From the NCBI GenBank assembly GCA_028718605.1, contig JAQULM010000002.1:129776-193775 (forward strand): a stretch of 64,000 nucleotides of DNA, given 5' to 3'. The number at the start of each line of letters is the position of its first letter. Position 1 is the stretch's first letter. This DNA comes from Patescibacteria group bacterium (lineage in GTDB: Bacteria; Patescibacteriota; Patescibacteriia; UBA10025; JAHIVO01). Under the pieces are notes generated by a model. That model searched no databases. It saw nothing but the letters and a program-made list of their open reading frames with translations, and had not been told where the DNA came from. The position numbers and the translations under genes were made by a program. Shown here in pieces: positions 1 through 9,801 of this stretch.

Positions 1-83
1 TGCAAAACGGTTTGTTTGAGTTTCGGTTTATTGGAATACTATAACTGCAAACCAATACAACTGTTAATACAAGCCGCAAACGG

Positions 84-117
84 CAAAAGCCCGCTATAAG
101 CATGGAGCGGGCTTTTG
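84..117. terminator. Bidirectional terminator-like hairpin
   Basis: CAAAAGCCCGCT (84-95) is the perfect reverse complement of AGCGGGCTTTTG (106-117). Confidence 0.6.
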
Positions 118-489
118 GGAATGGGACAAGCCGTAGGAATACTCACGGTTAATGATTAGAATCCCGGCTCATCCGCTACCCCTCCCCGGAAAACAGCAGT
201 CGTACGTGCATCGAAAGCAAACGGTCGTCCGGGTGTGGGGAAGGTATTGTTATGAAAGAGCGTCTTCCCTCATCCGGTCCCTTGGGGGGTTTGCAAGGGG
301 GTGCCGGAGGGGGTTGCCGGAACCGCGGACGCTACCTCATTTTCTCGTCCGGCAGTGTGAATAAAGTATCGGTTTGAATCATGGGCCTATCGTGGTTAAT
401 TGTTAACGCATGAGCGCTCAACAGTATCGTAGCACCGTAAGTTGAATTTCCCGTGAATGCTGCCTTATACCGTTGGGAATGCTGGTAAA

Positions 490-528
490 TAAAAAAGGCT
501 CTGCTGCACGCAATGCGCAGCAGAGCCA
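490..528 (-). terminator. Intrinsic terminator
   Basis: GGCTCTGCTGC/GCAGCAGAGCC stem followed by a T-run on the minus strand. Confidence 0.7.
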
Positions 529-559
529 TCGTCAATCAAAGAAGCATGGATAGCAGGTA

Positions 560-697
560 TCAATTGATACCGTACAGCCCGCCGATCCGGTCGGTGATGT
601 AATCGATCCAGTGGTGGGGGTCCAGTTCCTCACCGGTCGCATCGATCATCGCGCGGTCGAACGACTTCACGTACCCGTACGGGTACACGCGCTCCTG
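560..697 (-). pseudogene. C-terminal remnant of an M32 (carboxypeptidase Taq-type) peptidase
   Basis: Manual translation QERVYPYGYVKSFDRAMIDATGEELDPHHWIDYITDRIGGLYGIN* resembles the M32 C-terminus (ATGExLxPxxxxxYL...YG); an in-frame TAG lies immediately upstream. Confidence 0.55.
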
Positions 698-785
698 CTA
701 ACCGGTTTACCGCGGCATCCCGTCATTCAACGGGACAAATTGTGGCGTAGCAGGCAGTACAGTACGTCTCCCTGGGCATTCGGGT

Positions 786-2264
786 CTAAATTTTCCCTTT
801 GACAACAAAATAACCGAGCGCCAATGCAACCACCATGACACCCAAACCAACCAACTGCCAGTTTCGTTGCGCGGCATGATGCCGACCAGAGACTGAAGCC
901 GCTGAAGTGTTGGTAGTTACGGAATTTGTAATCGTATTTGTATTGATAATGGCACTATTCACATTGGTACCCTCTTCCGCGGCCTCGGGGGGGCTATACT
1001 GCGCATTCTGCCATTCGTACGCCTTGGGGGCATCCTGGATATAGCGCTCAATAGCATCCGCGGTTGCTGAATCATACGGACGGATTTTTGAAACATACAG
1101 TTCCAAAAAATCCTCGTGCTTCAAGGTATGGGTCGCATAATCAATTGTCAGTGGCGTATCACCGAGCCCTCCTCGGTCGAAATATAAGTCGTAGCGGCAG
1201 TTTGTGTCATCGGCTGCACAATCCGGAAAAGAAAATAATGCTTTCGTTTCTGACGGGGTCGGAGGCGTCCAGCCATCATAAAGCTGCGCATCACCGAACA
1301 TGAACGAAGCTAGTGTTCGATCCAACTCGTCTTGTGACGACGCCTGTTCCAAAGCTTCTGAATAATCCGAGAGTGCCATATCCGCGGCCTTCCCCGTGCA
1401 AAAAGCGCAATGCGGGCCGCCGGATAGGGCGCGGAGCGCGCTGGCAAGCTCAAGGGTGTTTCCAAAGCTTGCCGCATTACCCTTGAGGTTTTCGGCCTGA
1501 TTCACCAGGTCAAAATCGTATACACCGAGAACAATCACGGTGTCAGACTCCGGTTCGTAATCCTTCAGCGGCACGGTAATCGTATTGCCTACCACGGTAA
1601 ACGGTAAAACGTTTTCCCCGACCAACGGAACGTCTTCAACCACACTATAGTCTGTCAGCGTCTCGGGCATTTCAAATTTTACCGTACCGCTCCCGATCGG
1701 CCCTTTCCAGCCCCGGCCGGTGCCGAGCACATAGGTTAAGTAGTACACCTCGTAGTCCTTGCCGCTTTTGGCGTCATACGAAATCGCTAACGTTGTATCT
1801 TCTCCGGGCAAAAAAGTTTCCTGCCATTGGTACACACGGATAGACTGCTCTTCGTTGTCAATATTCGCTGTGAGGTGGCCGAGATCGCCCTCTCCCAGTA
1901 CGCGGCCATTCACGGTAAAGTTTTCAACCGTGCCATAACCCCCCTCGAAGCCGCTCACAAAAGCACTGTCGCTTGACGGAAAGTAGACGCGCAGAGTTTC
2001 CGCTTCCGTTCCCGTATTCCGCATTATAAAGGTGGCAGTCACATGAACTGGCATCACCTCGCCCCACATGTCATCTTGTTGGGGTTGGCTATACTTCAAT
2101 ACAACATCCTCGCTTGCCATCGTTACGTTTGTCGCCTCAGCATCGGTTTGCACAATGCCCCCCTGCGTAAAAACAGGTGGTGGACCGACGTCAGCACTCG
2201 CAGGACGCACCCAAACAAATAGGGTGCCTACGCTCATAAGGCAGAGTAACAGGAATGTTTTCAT
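786..2264 (-). CDS. Secreted DUF4424-like protein with C-terminal membrane anchor
   Basis: Signal peptide; motifs VTMASEDV, FIMRNTG..VYFP and YVLGTGRGWKGPI; Asn/Thr linker and C-terminal TM helix. Confidence 0.75.
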   Translation of the reverse strand: MKTFLLLCLMSVGTLFVWVRPASADVGPPPVFTQGGIVQTDAEATNVTMASEDVVLKYSQPQQDDMWGEVMPVHVTATFIMRNTGTEAETLRVYFPSSDSAFVSGFEGGYGTVENFTVNGRVLGEGDLGHLTANIDNEEQSIRVYQWQETFLPGEDTTLAISYDAKSGKDYEVYYLTYVLGTGRGWKGPIGSGTVKFEMPETLTDYSVVEDVPLVGENVLPFTVVGNTITVPLKDYEPESDTVIVLGVYDFDLVNQAENLKGNAASFGNTLELASALRALSGGPHCAFCTGKAADMALSDYSEALEQASSQDELDRTLASFMFGDAQLYDGWTPPTPSETKALFSFPDCAADDTNCRYDLYFDRGGLGDTPLTIDYATHTLKHEDFLELYVSKIRPYDSATADAIERYIQDAPKAYEWQNAQYSPPEAAEEGTNVNSAIINTNTITNSVTTNTSAASVSGRHHAAQRNWQLVGLGVMVVALALGYFVVKGKI

Positions 2265-2319
2265 ATAATAATGGTAGTTTGTTAATCACTCGATAGTCCC
2301 TGCCCATTAGTATACTCGA

Positions 2320-2355
2320 GATATCTGAAAACCCCAAAGCTCGACGAGTTGAATT
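2320..2355. repeat. Degenerate direct repeat of the tRNA-Asn 3' end and trailer (att-like scar)
   Basis: 30 of 36 nt identical to 3965-4000. Confidence 0.7.
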
Positions 2356-2538
2356 GTCCCGCCTATTTTCTTTAAAAATTTTGCCAGAAAAAAAGAATGT
2401 ATTTATTCGTCTATACTGTGGATAAATACGTTTGACAAATAAGACATACTAGTATTAACTTATTAATAGTAATAACTTAATGGTATTCAAACACCCAAAA
2501 AATAGGCATTTTTTCAATGAAATAAGATATATACCCAC

Positions 2539-2904
2539 ATGACTGAAGACATCGCAATAGACAAGAAATTCCAAAAAGAGCTTAATGCGGGCATTGTGGC
2601 ACTCATTTTGTTAAGCATTTTAGATAAATCAAATAGTCCGCAATACGGATACCAAATTGCCAAAAAGATGGAAGCGACAAACACCGGGACCGTTTCCAAG
2701 CTGGGAACATTATACCCGGTTCTGAGATCGCTCGAGGCCAGCGACCTTCTCCAGAGCAGCGTTAAACCGTCGGTATCCGGCCCCCCGCGCCGCTACTACA
2801 CTATCACACTGAAAGGCCGCGCCACGCTCAAACGATGGGTCAACATTTGGACGCAGATAAAAAGTAACTTAGATACTACCATTAACGAATCGCCCCATGA
2901 CTAA
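2539..2904 (+). CDS. PadR family transcriptional regulator
   Basis: Winged-helix motifs YGYQI, GTLYPVLRSLE, GPPRRYYTITLKG. Confidence 0.93.
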   Translation: MTEDIAIDKKFQKELNAGIVALILLSILDKSNSPQYGYQIAKKMEATNTGTVSKLGTLYPVLRSLEASDLLQSSVKPSVSGPPRRYYTITLKGRATLKRWVNIWTQIKSNLDTTINESPHD

Positions 2905-3787
2905 TCATATCGAAGATTATCTTATACAGCTCAAGGAAAATCTATCCGGCTGCGATCCGGCCATGATCCAGGACGCCCTATCGGATGCCGAAGAATATTT
3001 ACGGAGCGAACTGGAATATTCCCGAAAAAACAATCCAACTGCGGACTCCGACAAACTGCTGGCCGAAATAATTGATAAGTACGGAACTCCGACGGAGATT
3101 GCCGCCTCATACAAAGACGCTGAAGCAAGACTGTCCCCTACCGTAGTACTTCATCCCCGCCCCGAGAACAAGGGCGCGTTGTCTGGATTTTTCTATATTT
3201 TTTCCGATCCGAGGGCTTGGAGCGGATTGCTTTATGGGATTTTTTCGTTAATAACAGGAATTATTTATTTCACCTGGGCCGTAACCGGCGTCTCTTTGTC
3301 CCTCGGCTTAATCATCCTGATAATCGGTTTGCCTGTCACGGGCCTCTTCCTGCTGTCAGTAAAAGGGATCTCTTTTGTCGAGGGCCGCATTGTTGAGGGA
3401 CTGTTAGGCATCCGCATGCCCCGAAAATCACAGTCGAACGATATGCATCTCAGCATGTGGGGCCGTTTCAAATCACTATTCACTGACTCCAAAATATGGC
3501 TTTCTGTCTTGTATATGATATTGATGTTACCGCTTGGCGTAATCTACTTTAGTGTTTACGTCACATTGTTCACGGTCTCGCTGTCAATAATCGTATCGCC
3601 TCTTGTAAGGATTTTTTACGATGCCGCAATTATCGAAACTGCACATGCCTCATACACTATCCCTCCCTACTTATTTCCGCTGACTTTAGTCATTGGCGTT
3701 ATTATGCTCGCCACCACGTTACATCTAGCAAAAAAAATCGGCGGTTGGCATGGCCTCCTGGCCAAATCAATGCTGGTAAGGCAATAG
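2897..3787 (+). CDS. Membrane sensor-domain protein (HAAS-like N-terminus), PadR partner
   Basis: N-terminal IEDYL..L...DALSDAEEYL...YGTPTEIA; four TM segments; overlaps padR by 8 nt. Confidence 0.8.
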   Translation: MTNHIEDYLIQLKENLSGCDPAMIQDALSDAEEYLRSELEYSRKNNPTADSDKLLAEIIDKYGTPTEIAASYKDAEARLSPTVVLHPRPENKGALSGFFYIFSDPRAWSGLLYGIFSLITGIIYFTWAVTGVSLSLGLIILIIGLPVTGLFLLSVKGISFVEGRIVEGLLGIRMPRKSQSNDMHLSMWGRFKSLFTDSKIWLSVLYMILMLPLGVIYFSVYVTLFTVSLSIIVSPLVRIFYDAAIIETAHASYTIPPYLFPLTLVIGVIMLATTLHLAKKIGGWHGLLAKSMLVRQ

Positions 3788-3984
3788 TGTCATGACGGCA
3801 AACTCGCTACAGGACAGGCAGCCTCAGCTAGAGGCTGACCAAACTTTGGCGGGGGTTGCTCATCCCGGCGCTCAGCGGCGGTGCCCGCATCGCTGAGCCC
3901 GCCTCGTCGGCCGCGGCTGAAGCAGTTCAGCCGCTTTCCCCGTCTCGGCCCATTGAGCTATATGGATATCCAAAAACCCCAAAG

Positions 3985-4056
3985 CTCCGCGAGTCGGATT
4001 CGGACCGACAACCTACCGGTTAACAGCCGGTTGCTCTACCATTGAGCTATCGCGGA
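3985..4056 (-). tRNA. tRNA-Asn (GTT)
   Basis: Cloverleaf TCCGCGA-TAGCTCAATGGTAGAGC-A-ACCGG-CTGTTAA-CCGGT-...-GTCGG-TCCGAAT-CCGAC-TCGCGGA-G; CCA not encoded. Confidence 0.92.
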
Positions 4057-4083
4057 GCTTTGGGGTTGAAGGCAACAAACGCT

Positions 4084-5304
4084 CTAGTAATCCCGCAGTT
4101 TTTTCATCCCCGTGTGCTCTTCAATCTTCTCGAGGGCCTTCGCTTCGATCTGGCGGATGCGCTCGCGGGTGACGCCGAATTCCTGGCCGACCTCCTCGAG
4201 CGTATGCGATACGCCGTCAGACAGACCGAAACGCATCTCAAGGATCTTCTGCTCGCGCGGGGAAAGCTCTTTGATGATTTCCTGCACGTGGTCCTTGAGG
4301 AGCTGCATTGCGGCAACACGGTCTGGCGTGACTGTTTTCACGTCTTCGATGAAATCCCCGAGGACCGAATCTTCATCATCGCTGTCGCCCACTGACGTTT
4401 CGAGGGATACGGTATCTTGGGATATTTTAATGATATGATGGATTTTGTCAACAGTTTCGCCCATCTCAGCGGCAATTTCCTCGGGAAGCGGCTCGCGCCC
4501 GAGATCCTGTATCAGCTGCCGTTCGATCTGCTGGAACCGGTTGATGGTCTCAACCATATGCACGGGAATACGGATCGTCCGCGACTGGTCGGCGAGCGCA
4601 CGCGTGATCGCCTGGCGGATCCACCAGGTCGCGTACGTGGAAAATTTATAGCCCTTGCGGTAATCGAACTTTTCGACGGCACGGAACAGGCCAATGTTCC
4701 CCTCTTGGATCAGATCAAGCAGTGATAATGACCTGCCAGTGAATTTCTTGGCGATCGAAACGACCAGGCGCAAGTTCGCCTCAACGAGCCGCCGCTGGGC
4801 TTCCACGTCACCCGCTTCTTTGCGCTTCGCGAGCTGGGTTTCCTCTTCGCCGGACAAGAGCGGCACCTTGCCGATTTCACGGAGGTACATCTGTATCGAA
4901 TCGTTTGAAATATCAGACAGGTCCAATCGGCGCTTGTCCACGTCGTTTTTTCCGGCTGGTTTCGCTTCCTCAACCTCGCCGATCAGCGAACCGGTGTTCT
5001 CGACAACCTGAATGCCGCTTCCTTCCAGTTTCGTCAAAAACTCCTCATATAATGGCAGGCATTCTTCCAGCTCAGGGAAGGCGTAGAGGATTTCCGTCTC
5101 GGTCAAAAAACCGCGCGAGCGTGCTTTCTCATACAGCTTCGCGAGTTTCTCTGGTGAAGGTATCTGGGCGACCGGCTTTTCCGGTGTTTTCCTGGCAGCA
5201 GGCTTTGCACCCTTCCGGGCTCCCTTTTTCAGTGCTGGCTTCTTCGCGCTGGACTTGGCCTTGGTTGTCGATTTTTTTGATTTCTTTTTTGCTTTTACTG
5301 CCAT
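4084..5304 (-). CDS. rpoD: RNA polymerase primary sigma factor
   Basis: [53 protein letters not shown]. Confidence 0.97.
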   Translation of the reverse strand: MAVKAKKKSKKSTTKAKSSAKKPALKKGARKGAKPAARKTPEKPVAQIPSPEKLAKLYEKARSRGFLTETEILYAFPELEECLPLYEEFLTKLEGSGIQVVENTGSLIGEVEEAKPAGKNDVDKRRLDLSDISNDSIQMYLREIGKVPLLSGEEETQLAKRKEAGDVEAQRRLVEANLRLVVSIAKKFTGRSLSLLDLIQEGNIGLFRAVEKFDYRKGYKFSTYATWWIRQAITRALADQSRTIRIPVHMVETINRFQQIERQLIQDLGREPLPEEIAAEMGETVDKIHHIIKISQDTVSLETSVGDSDDEDSVLGDFIEDVKTVTPDRVAAMQLLKDHVQEIIKELSPREQKILEMRFGLSDGVSHTLEEVGQEFGVTRERIRQIEAKALEKIEEHTGMKKLRDY

Positions 5305-5351
5305 AAATATATAGACATCGCCCGCGGGGACATTATGATAAAATGTGAAAT

Positions 5352-7148
5352 TTATTCGAGCTGCTTGAGCTCTGCCGTCAGCTCGGAGAAATGCTGAGCG
5401 TACTGCTGTATCTTCTGCTCATCCTTGTCCGTTTCAGCGTCGCGGAGTGCCGCCTCAACCTCCCGGAGCTTTCGCTGGATCGCTGAATGCCGCAACTCAC
5501 GAGAGCTCTGCACGACAACCTGGCGGAGCGAATCGTCATCAAATGAGCCGTACGCATGCTCAGCGTGCATAGCCAAAACCTCAGCAAATGTGGCGAGATT
5601 CTTATTTTCCGCAGGAATTGTACGGACAAAATCCGTAGAGTCAAAAAGATGGTTCTTAGTATAGTACACAATTGCCTGTTTGTAAAGTTGCTGCTGCTTG
5701 ACAGTGGGAAAGTGCTCCGGCTCGACGTGTTCAATACAATAGTTCAGATGGTCGGGATATTGGAGCACGACGCCCAAGAGATCATCGCCGATTGACTCGT
5801 GCCGGTCGCGCACCGGTGCAGTCGCAGCATGCACTGCCTTCGTGCCGGGAGTTTGCTTCGAGCGGATCGACTTCAGCTTGTCGCGAAGCACGTCTTCGCC
5901 GACATGGAGGAGCGAGCTCAGTTTTTGGAGGTAATGAGTCTGCTCGATCGTATCACCGAGTTTCGCGATGACCGGCAGCAGCGCTTTGGTCGCGCGTTTT
6001 TTATGCTCGACGTTCGATAGGTCCGCGTTGCGGAACGTCGTATCAAAATAGTAGTCCATAATGGACCGGGCACCCTCAATGGCCTTGCGCCACGCACCGA
6101 CGCCCTGCTTCGCCACAAGCTCGTCGGGATCCTTTGCGCCCGCCGGCAAGACGATGACCTTGGTGCCCATTTCGAGCTCCCATGCCACGTCAATGCCGCG
6201 TTTTGACGCCGTATCGCCAGCAGTATCCTGGTCAAATGCGAATGCCAAATCACCCGTAAACCGCTTGAGGAGCCGCACCTGGTCGTGTGTCAGCGCGGTG
6301 CCCGAAGACGCCACAACATTCGTGACGCCAGCCTGGTGGGATGCGATGCAGTCCATATACCCTTCGACGATGATGGCGAGCTTTTCTTTCTTAATCGCGA
6401 CTTTTGCCTTGTCAATGCCGTAGAGAACCGCACTCTTGTTGTAGACGACCGTCTGGGGCGTATTGATGTATTTCGCGATGTCCTTCTCCAGCCCAAGCCA
6501 CCGTCCGCCGAACCCGATCACGTTCCCGTGGGTGTCTGCAATCGGAAACATCAGCCGGTTCCTAAAACGGTCGTTGTAACCAACCCCGCGGTCTTTCTTC
6601 AACGTGAGGCCTGCCTGGAAAATATCATCCGTTGAAAATTTCCGCTGTACTAAATGTGTGTTCAGTACGTCCCATGCGTCCGGCGCGAACCCGAGCTGCC
6701 ACGCGTCAATCGTTTCAGCAGCAACCTGCCGCTTCGCAAGGTAGTCGCGGACGTACTGTGCTTTTGGATGTTCGAGCAACAGCCGGTGGTAAAAATCGGC
6801 CGCTGCCTTGCATACGTCGAGAACTCTCGTCTTCTGGTTTGACAGCGCGGGGTCCTGGTACTGGAGCTGGACACCCGCTTTTTTCGCCAGCGTGCGGAGC
6901 GCCTCAGGGAATTCCAGGCCTTCCATCTTTTGGACGAACTCGAAAATGTCACCGCCCTCGCCGCAACCGAAGCAGTGCCAAATCTGTTTATCGCGGGATA
7001 TCACGAACGACGGCGTTTTCTCATTATGGAACGGGCACAGTGCCTTGAAACTGTTCGTGCCCGCCGGCTTCACCTGGATGTACTCCTGGATGAGGTCGAC
7101 GACGTCGACTTTGGACTTGATTTCTTCAATGTTATTATCGGTTGCCAT
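5352..7148 (-). CDS. dnaG: DNA primase
   Basis: [16 protein letters not shown] zinc finger; KYINTPQT; TOPRIM VEGYMD..FDQDTAG. Confidence 0.97.
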   Translation of the reverse strand: MATDNNIEEIKSKVDVVDLIQEYIQVKPAGTNSFKALCPFHNEKTPSFVISRDKQIWHCFGCGEGGDIFEFVQKMEGLEFPEALRTLAKKAGVQLQYQDPALSNQKTRVLDVCKAAADFYHRLLLEHPKAQYVRDYLAKRQVAAETIDAWQLGFAPDAWDVLNTHLVQRKFSTDDIFQAGLTLKKDRGVGYNDRFRNRLMFPIADTHGNVIGFGGRWLGLEKDIAKYINTPQTVVYNKSAVLYGIDKAKVAIKKEKLAIIVEGYMDCIASHQAGVTNVVASSGTALTHDQVRLLKRFTGDLAFAFDQDTAGDTASKRGIDVAWELEMGTKVIVLPAGAKDPDELVAKQGVGAWRKAIEGARSIMDYYFDTTFRNADLSNVEHKKRATKALLPVIAKLGDTIEQTHYLQKLSSLLHVGEDVLRDKLKSIRSKQTPGTKAVHAATAPVRDRHESIGDDLLGVVLQYPDHLNYCIEHVEPEHFPTVKQQQLYKQAIVYYTKNHLFDSTDFVRTIPAENKNLATFAEVLAMHAEHAYGSFDDDSLRQVVVQSSRELRHSAIQRKLREVEAALRDAETDKDEQKIQQYAQHFSELTAELKQLE

Positions 7149-7662
7149 GGGCGTACGGTAATTTGGAAATGCTAACGTCGGACACCTTTTGGTTGTTATC
7201 CAGCTTTGCGGTCAGGAAAAAAACCGCATCGCCGGCAACGATATCCTTGAAACAGTAGTTCAAATCATCCACCAATTCGTACTCGCTGTCAAGCACCTTA
7301 TCCTTATGGATCCAGAGGAGGTCGCCATCCTTGGTGTGGGTACCATGTGGCACCTTTTTAGACGGCACTGAAGTTTTAAAATACAACATGACCCAGTCTT
7401 CATCATACCCGCCCTCAAGTTTTACCACCCCCACCAGTGTAATCTGCTCGCTGGCAATACGGTACCCTGTTTCTTCCTCTGTTTCCCGGATCACCGCATC
7501 GAGAAAATTCTCCCCTGGCTCGACCCTGCCACCGATGGAATTCAGACGATTCGGGTCAATCCAACTATCTGGCTTCCGGTGCAACATTAAATACTCATCC
7601 CCGTGGAACAAAAAGTTGTTCACTGACGTCTGGACCTTGCGGATGTACTTCGGGTGGCTCAT
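7135..7662 (-). CDS. NUDIX hydrolase (MutT-like)
   Basis: Nudix box GGRVEPGE..DAVIRETEEETG. Confidence 0.9.
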   Translation of the reverse strand: MSHPKYIRKVQTSVNNFLFHGDEYLMLHRKPDSWIDPNRLNSIGGRVEPGENFLDAVIRETEEETGYRIASEQITLVGVVKLEGGYDEDWVMLYFKTSVPSKKVPHGTHTKDGDLLWIHKDKVLDSEYELVDDLNYCFKDIVAGDAVFFLTAKLDNNQKVSDVSISKLPYAHGNR

Positions 7663-8597
7663 AAGGTTCCACCGGTTATGCTGCCGCTATCGCCTCTGCC
7701 TTCAATGGCATCAACGATCCGCTGGCCGAGGAGCGGCGCAACGCGGGTCGAAAACGTTTCGTTGGGATGCGAATCATCGCTGCTCGCCGCGTATTCGGAT
7801 TTCAAATACAGGCCGCCGCCGGTTTCCAAGCTTCGGAAATCCCAGACGAAAATGTTGTCTCCGCGCACATCCCATTCATCCCGGACCCACGCGGCGAATC
7901 CGTTCGCCCGTTCAGCCTGTTCAGCGCTCATCGCTCCCTCAACCTGCGCTGAGCCGGTCCACACGATAAATGTAGTGTTCGGAAACGTAAGCATTTTTGC
8001 TCTCAACGCTCCGTATTGCAGCTTGTAATTCTCCAGTGTTTTATCAGACGAATCAACGCTCGGACTGCCAGTATCAGGCTCGATGTCGCTCACGGGAAAA
8101 CAGTGTTTCCAAACAATCACGTCGTACTCCTGGGTGAGCGTTTCAAGCGTCGGCTCCTCCTGGTACGCTTCCGCACCCGCGTGGTTTACCCAGATGTTCC
8201 AATAATCGTACGGGTAATTCTCCCAGCCGTACGGCGAATCCTTGGGGAACGCTTGCTCGGTGATTGCGTACGCCGTGCCATGGCTGGCATTATACTCGTC
8301 AAACCACGCGCTCACGCCGCCATCCCAAACGTTCTGGCCGGTGCTGTGGTGGAGGAATATGATTTGCTCGCCGTTAGAACTGCTATCCTGCTCAGCAAGT
8401 GTATTAACTAGAGCGTTGGTGGTAGTGTTCGTGGCTGTATCAACAGATGCGGCATTCGTATTCTGAATATTCTGCGCCGTCATCGTATTCGAATTCTTAG
8501 AAGTTTTTTCCGTGCACCCTGTCACAATGAACAGCAAACACGCGGCAAGTGCACACATGCCGACGGATACGCTCGATCGAATAATCTTCTCTTTCAT
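7659..8597 (-). CDS. Lipoprotein with Asn/Thr linker and SGNH-hydrolase-like domain
   Basis: Lipobox VTGC; IIFLHHSTG; C-terminal DSHPN. Confidence 0.6.
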   Translation of the reverse strand: MKEKIIRSSVSVGMCALAACLLFIVTGCTEKTSKNSNTMTAQNIQNTNAASVDTATNTTTNALVNTLAEQDSSSNGEQIIFLHHSTGQNVWDGGVSAWFDEYNASHGTAYAITEQAFPKDSPYGWENYPYDYWNIWVNHAGAEAYQEEPTLETLTQEYDVIVWKHCFPVSDIEPDTGSPSVDSSDKTLENYKLQYGALRAKMLTFPNTTFIVWTGSAQVEGAMSAEQAERANGFAAWVRDEWDVRGDNIFVWDFRSLETGGGLYLKSEYAASSDDSHPNETFSTRVAPLLGQRIVDAIEGRGDSGSITGGTL

Positions 8598-8641
8598 AGT
8601 ATTCAATTTTTATACGCTGGCTAGGGCTCGATAGGGAAAGC

Positions 8642-9388
8642 TCACGCCAAATTATATTGTTTAATGAAACGGCCCATCTCTTCATTCACCACTCGGATCA
8701 CTTGAGGGTGATAGCGATAGCCATGCCCGCTCACGATTACTTTAAGCATTTTCGGTTCGGGAATAGCTTCAAATGATTTCCTGGCGGTATCGAGCGGGGT
8801 GAATTCGTCGCCGGTCCCGAAAATTAGAAGTTTTGGTTTGGTGCATTTTTGCAATGCCTCGCCCGGATTATATTTTTTACCATCAGTCCAATAGGCAATC
8901 GGCAGCCTGAACTCCTTCTGCTTTTTCGTCTTTGAAGTGCCCGGCGGAAAATCCCGATAGGAAAGCATGAACCCCTTTTGCATATCCTCTTTACATGGCG
9001 CAGAAGGTGCACCCAAGTTCGGCATAATCGCCACGATACCGATCACAGCCGAATTCACCATGCTCGAGAGTATTGCAGCCGCAGCTCCTCGGCTATGCCC
9101 AACGAGCAAGGTCGGCTTATGACCGAAGTACTCAATCAATTCGTTGATAGCCTTGAGATAATTTGTCGTGGTGCAGAGATCAATGCCGCCGGGGCTATCC
9201 CACGTGCCGGGCGGATCGAAGGCAACTGCAAGAAATCCTCGTTTTGCCAGATAATCGGCATGGCTGACAAAATTGGCATAGTCTTTGGTGTCTAGTCTTC
9301 CGGGAATTAACAAGGCAAGGTATTTTGCATTTTCATCCCCGCTTGTAAAAACTGCCAATTCGAATGTTTTCGTTCTGATAGTTTGCAT
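8642..9388 (-). CDS. Alpha/beta hydrolase
   Basis: GHSRG nucleophile elbow; GTGDEF; C-terminal His (GHGY). Confidence 0.88.
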   Translation of the reverse strand: MQTIRTKTFELAVFTSGDENAKYLALLIPGRLDTKDYANFVSHADYLAKRGFLAVAFDPPGTWDSPGGIDLCTTTNYLKAINELIEYFGHKPTLLVGHSRGAAAAILSSMVNSAVIGIVAIMPNLGAPSAPCKEDMQKGFMLSYRDFPPGTSKTKKQKEFRLPIAYWTDGKKYNPGEALQKCTKPKLLIFGTGDEFTPLDTARKSFEAIPEPKMLKVIVSGHGYRYHPQVIRVVNEEMGRFIKQYNLA

Positions 9389-9517
9389 AGTACGATACTT
9401 CAGCAGAGCGGAGAGGGCGGCCCCGCTATCCCCTTCGTTTCACTCAGGGTCAGCGGGATTTCGCCATCTGGCCGAATTTTTGTTCTCAAGATTCGAACCT
9501 ACAAGACCCGTATAAAG

Positions 9518-9605
9518 CGGAGACGAGAGGATTTGAACCTCTGATACCCTTTTGAGGTATACGTCCTTTCCAGGGACGCCCGATCAACCACTCCGGCACG
9601 TCTCC
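9518..9605 (-). tRNA. tRNA-Ser (GGA)
   Basis: GGAGACG..CGTCC-CTGGAAA-GGACG, long variable arm, GGTTCAAATCC, CGTCTCCG. Confidence 0.95.
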
Positions 9606-9769
9606 GCCCTATAAAGGTCGCTCACGCACTCGACCACGGAGCCTGCCCTGAGTGAGCCCGCAAGCGCGGGCGAACCGAAGGGCGACCTCTCCCCGTACTT
9701 AAAAACATACCAATTTTCCGCTGTTTCAGTATACCATAGCACCCAGCGCCTAAAAAGCAAAGGCCGCCC

Positions 9770-9798
9770 TTGACACGATTTCCTCTGTTCTATAAGAT
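9770..9798 (+). promoter_or_regulatory. Sigma70-type promoter
   Basis: TTGACA-17 nt-TAAGAT. Confidence 0.55.
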
Positions 9799-9801
9799 GC
9801 G

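Noticed and set aside
128-150. AGCCGT..ACGGTT as group II intron domain V
   Set aside because: Too short, with no GNRA loop, domain VI or maturase
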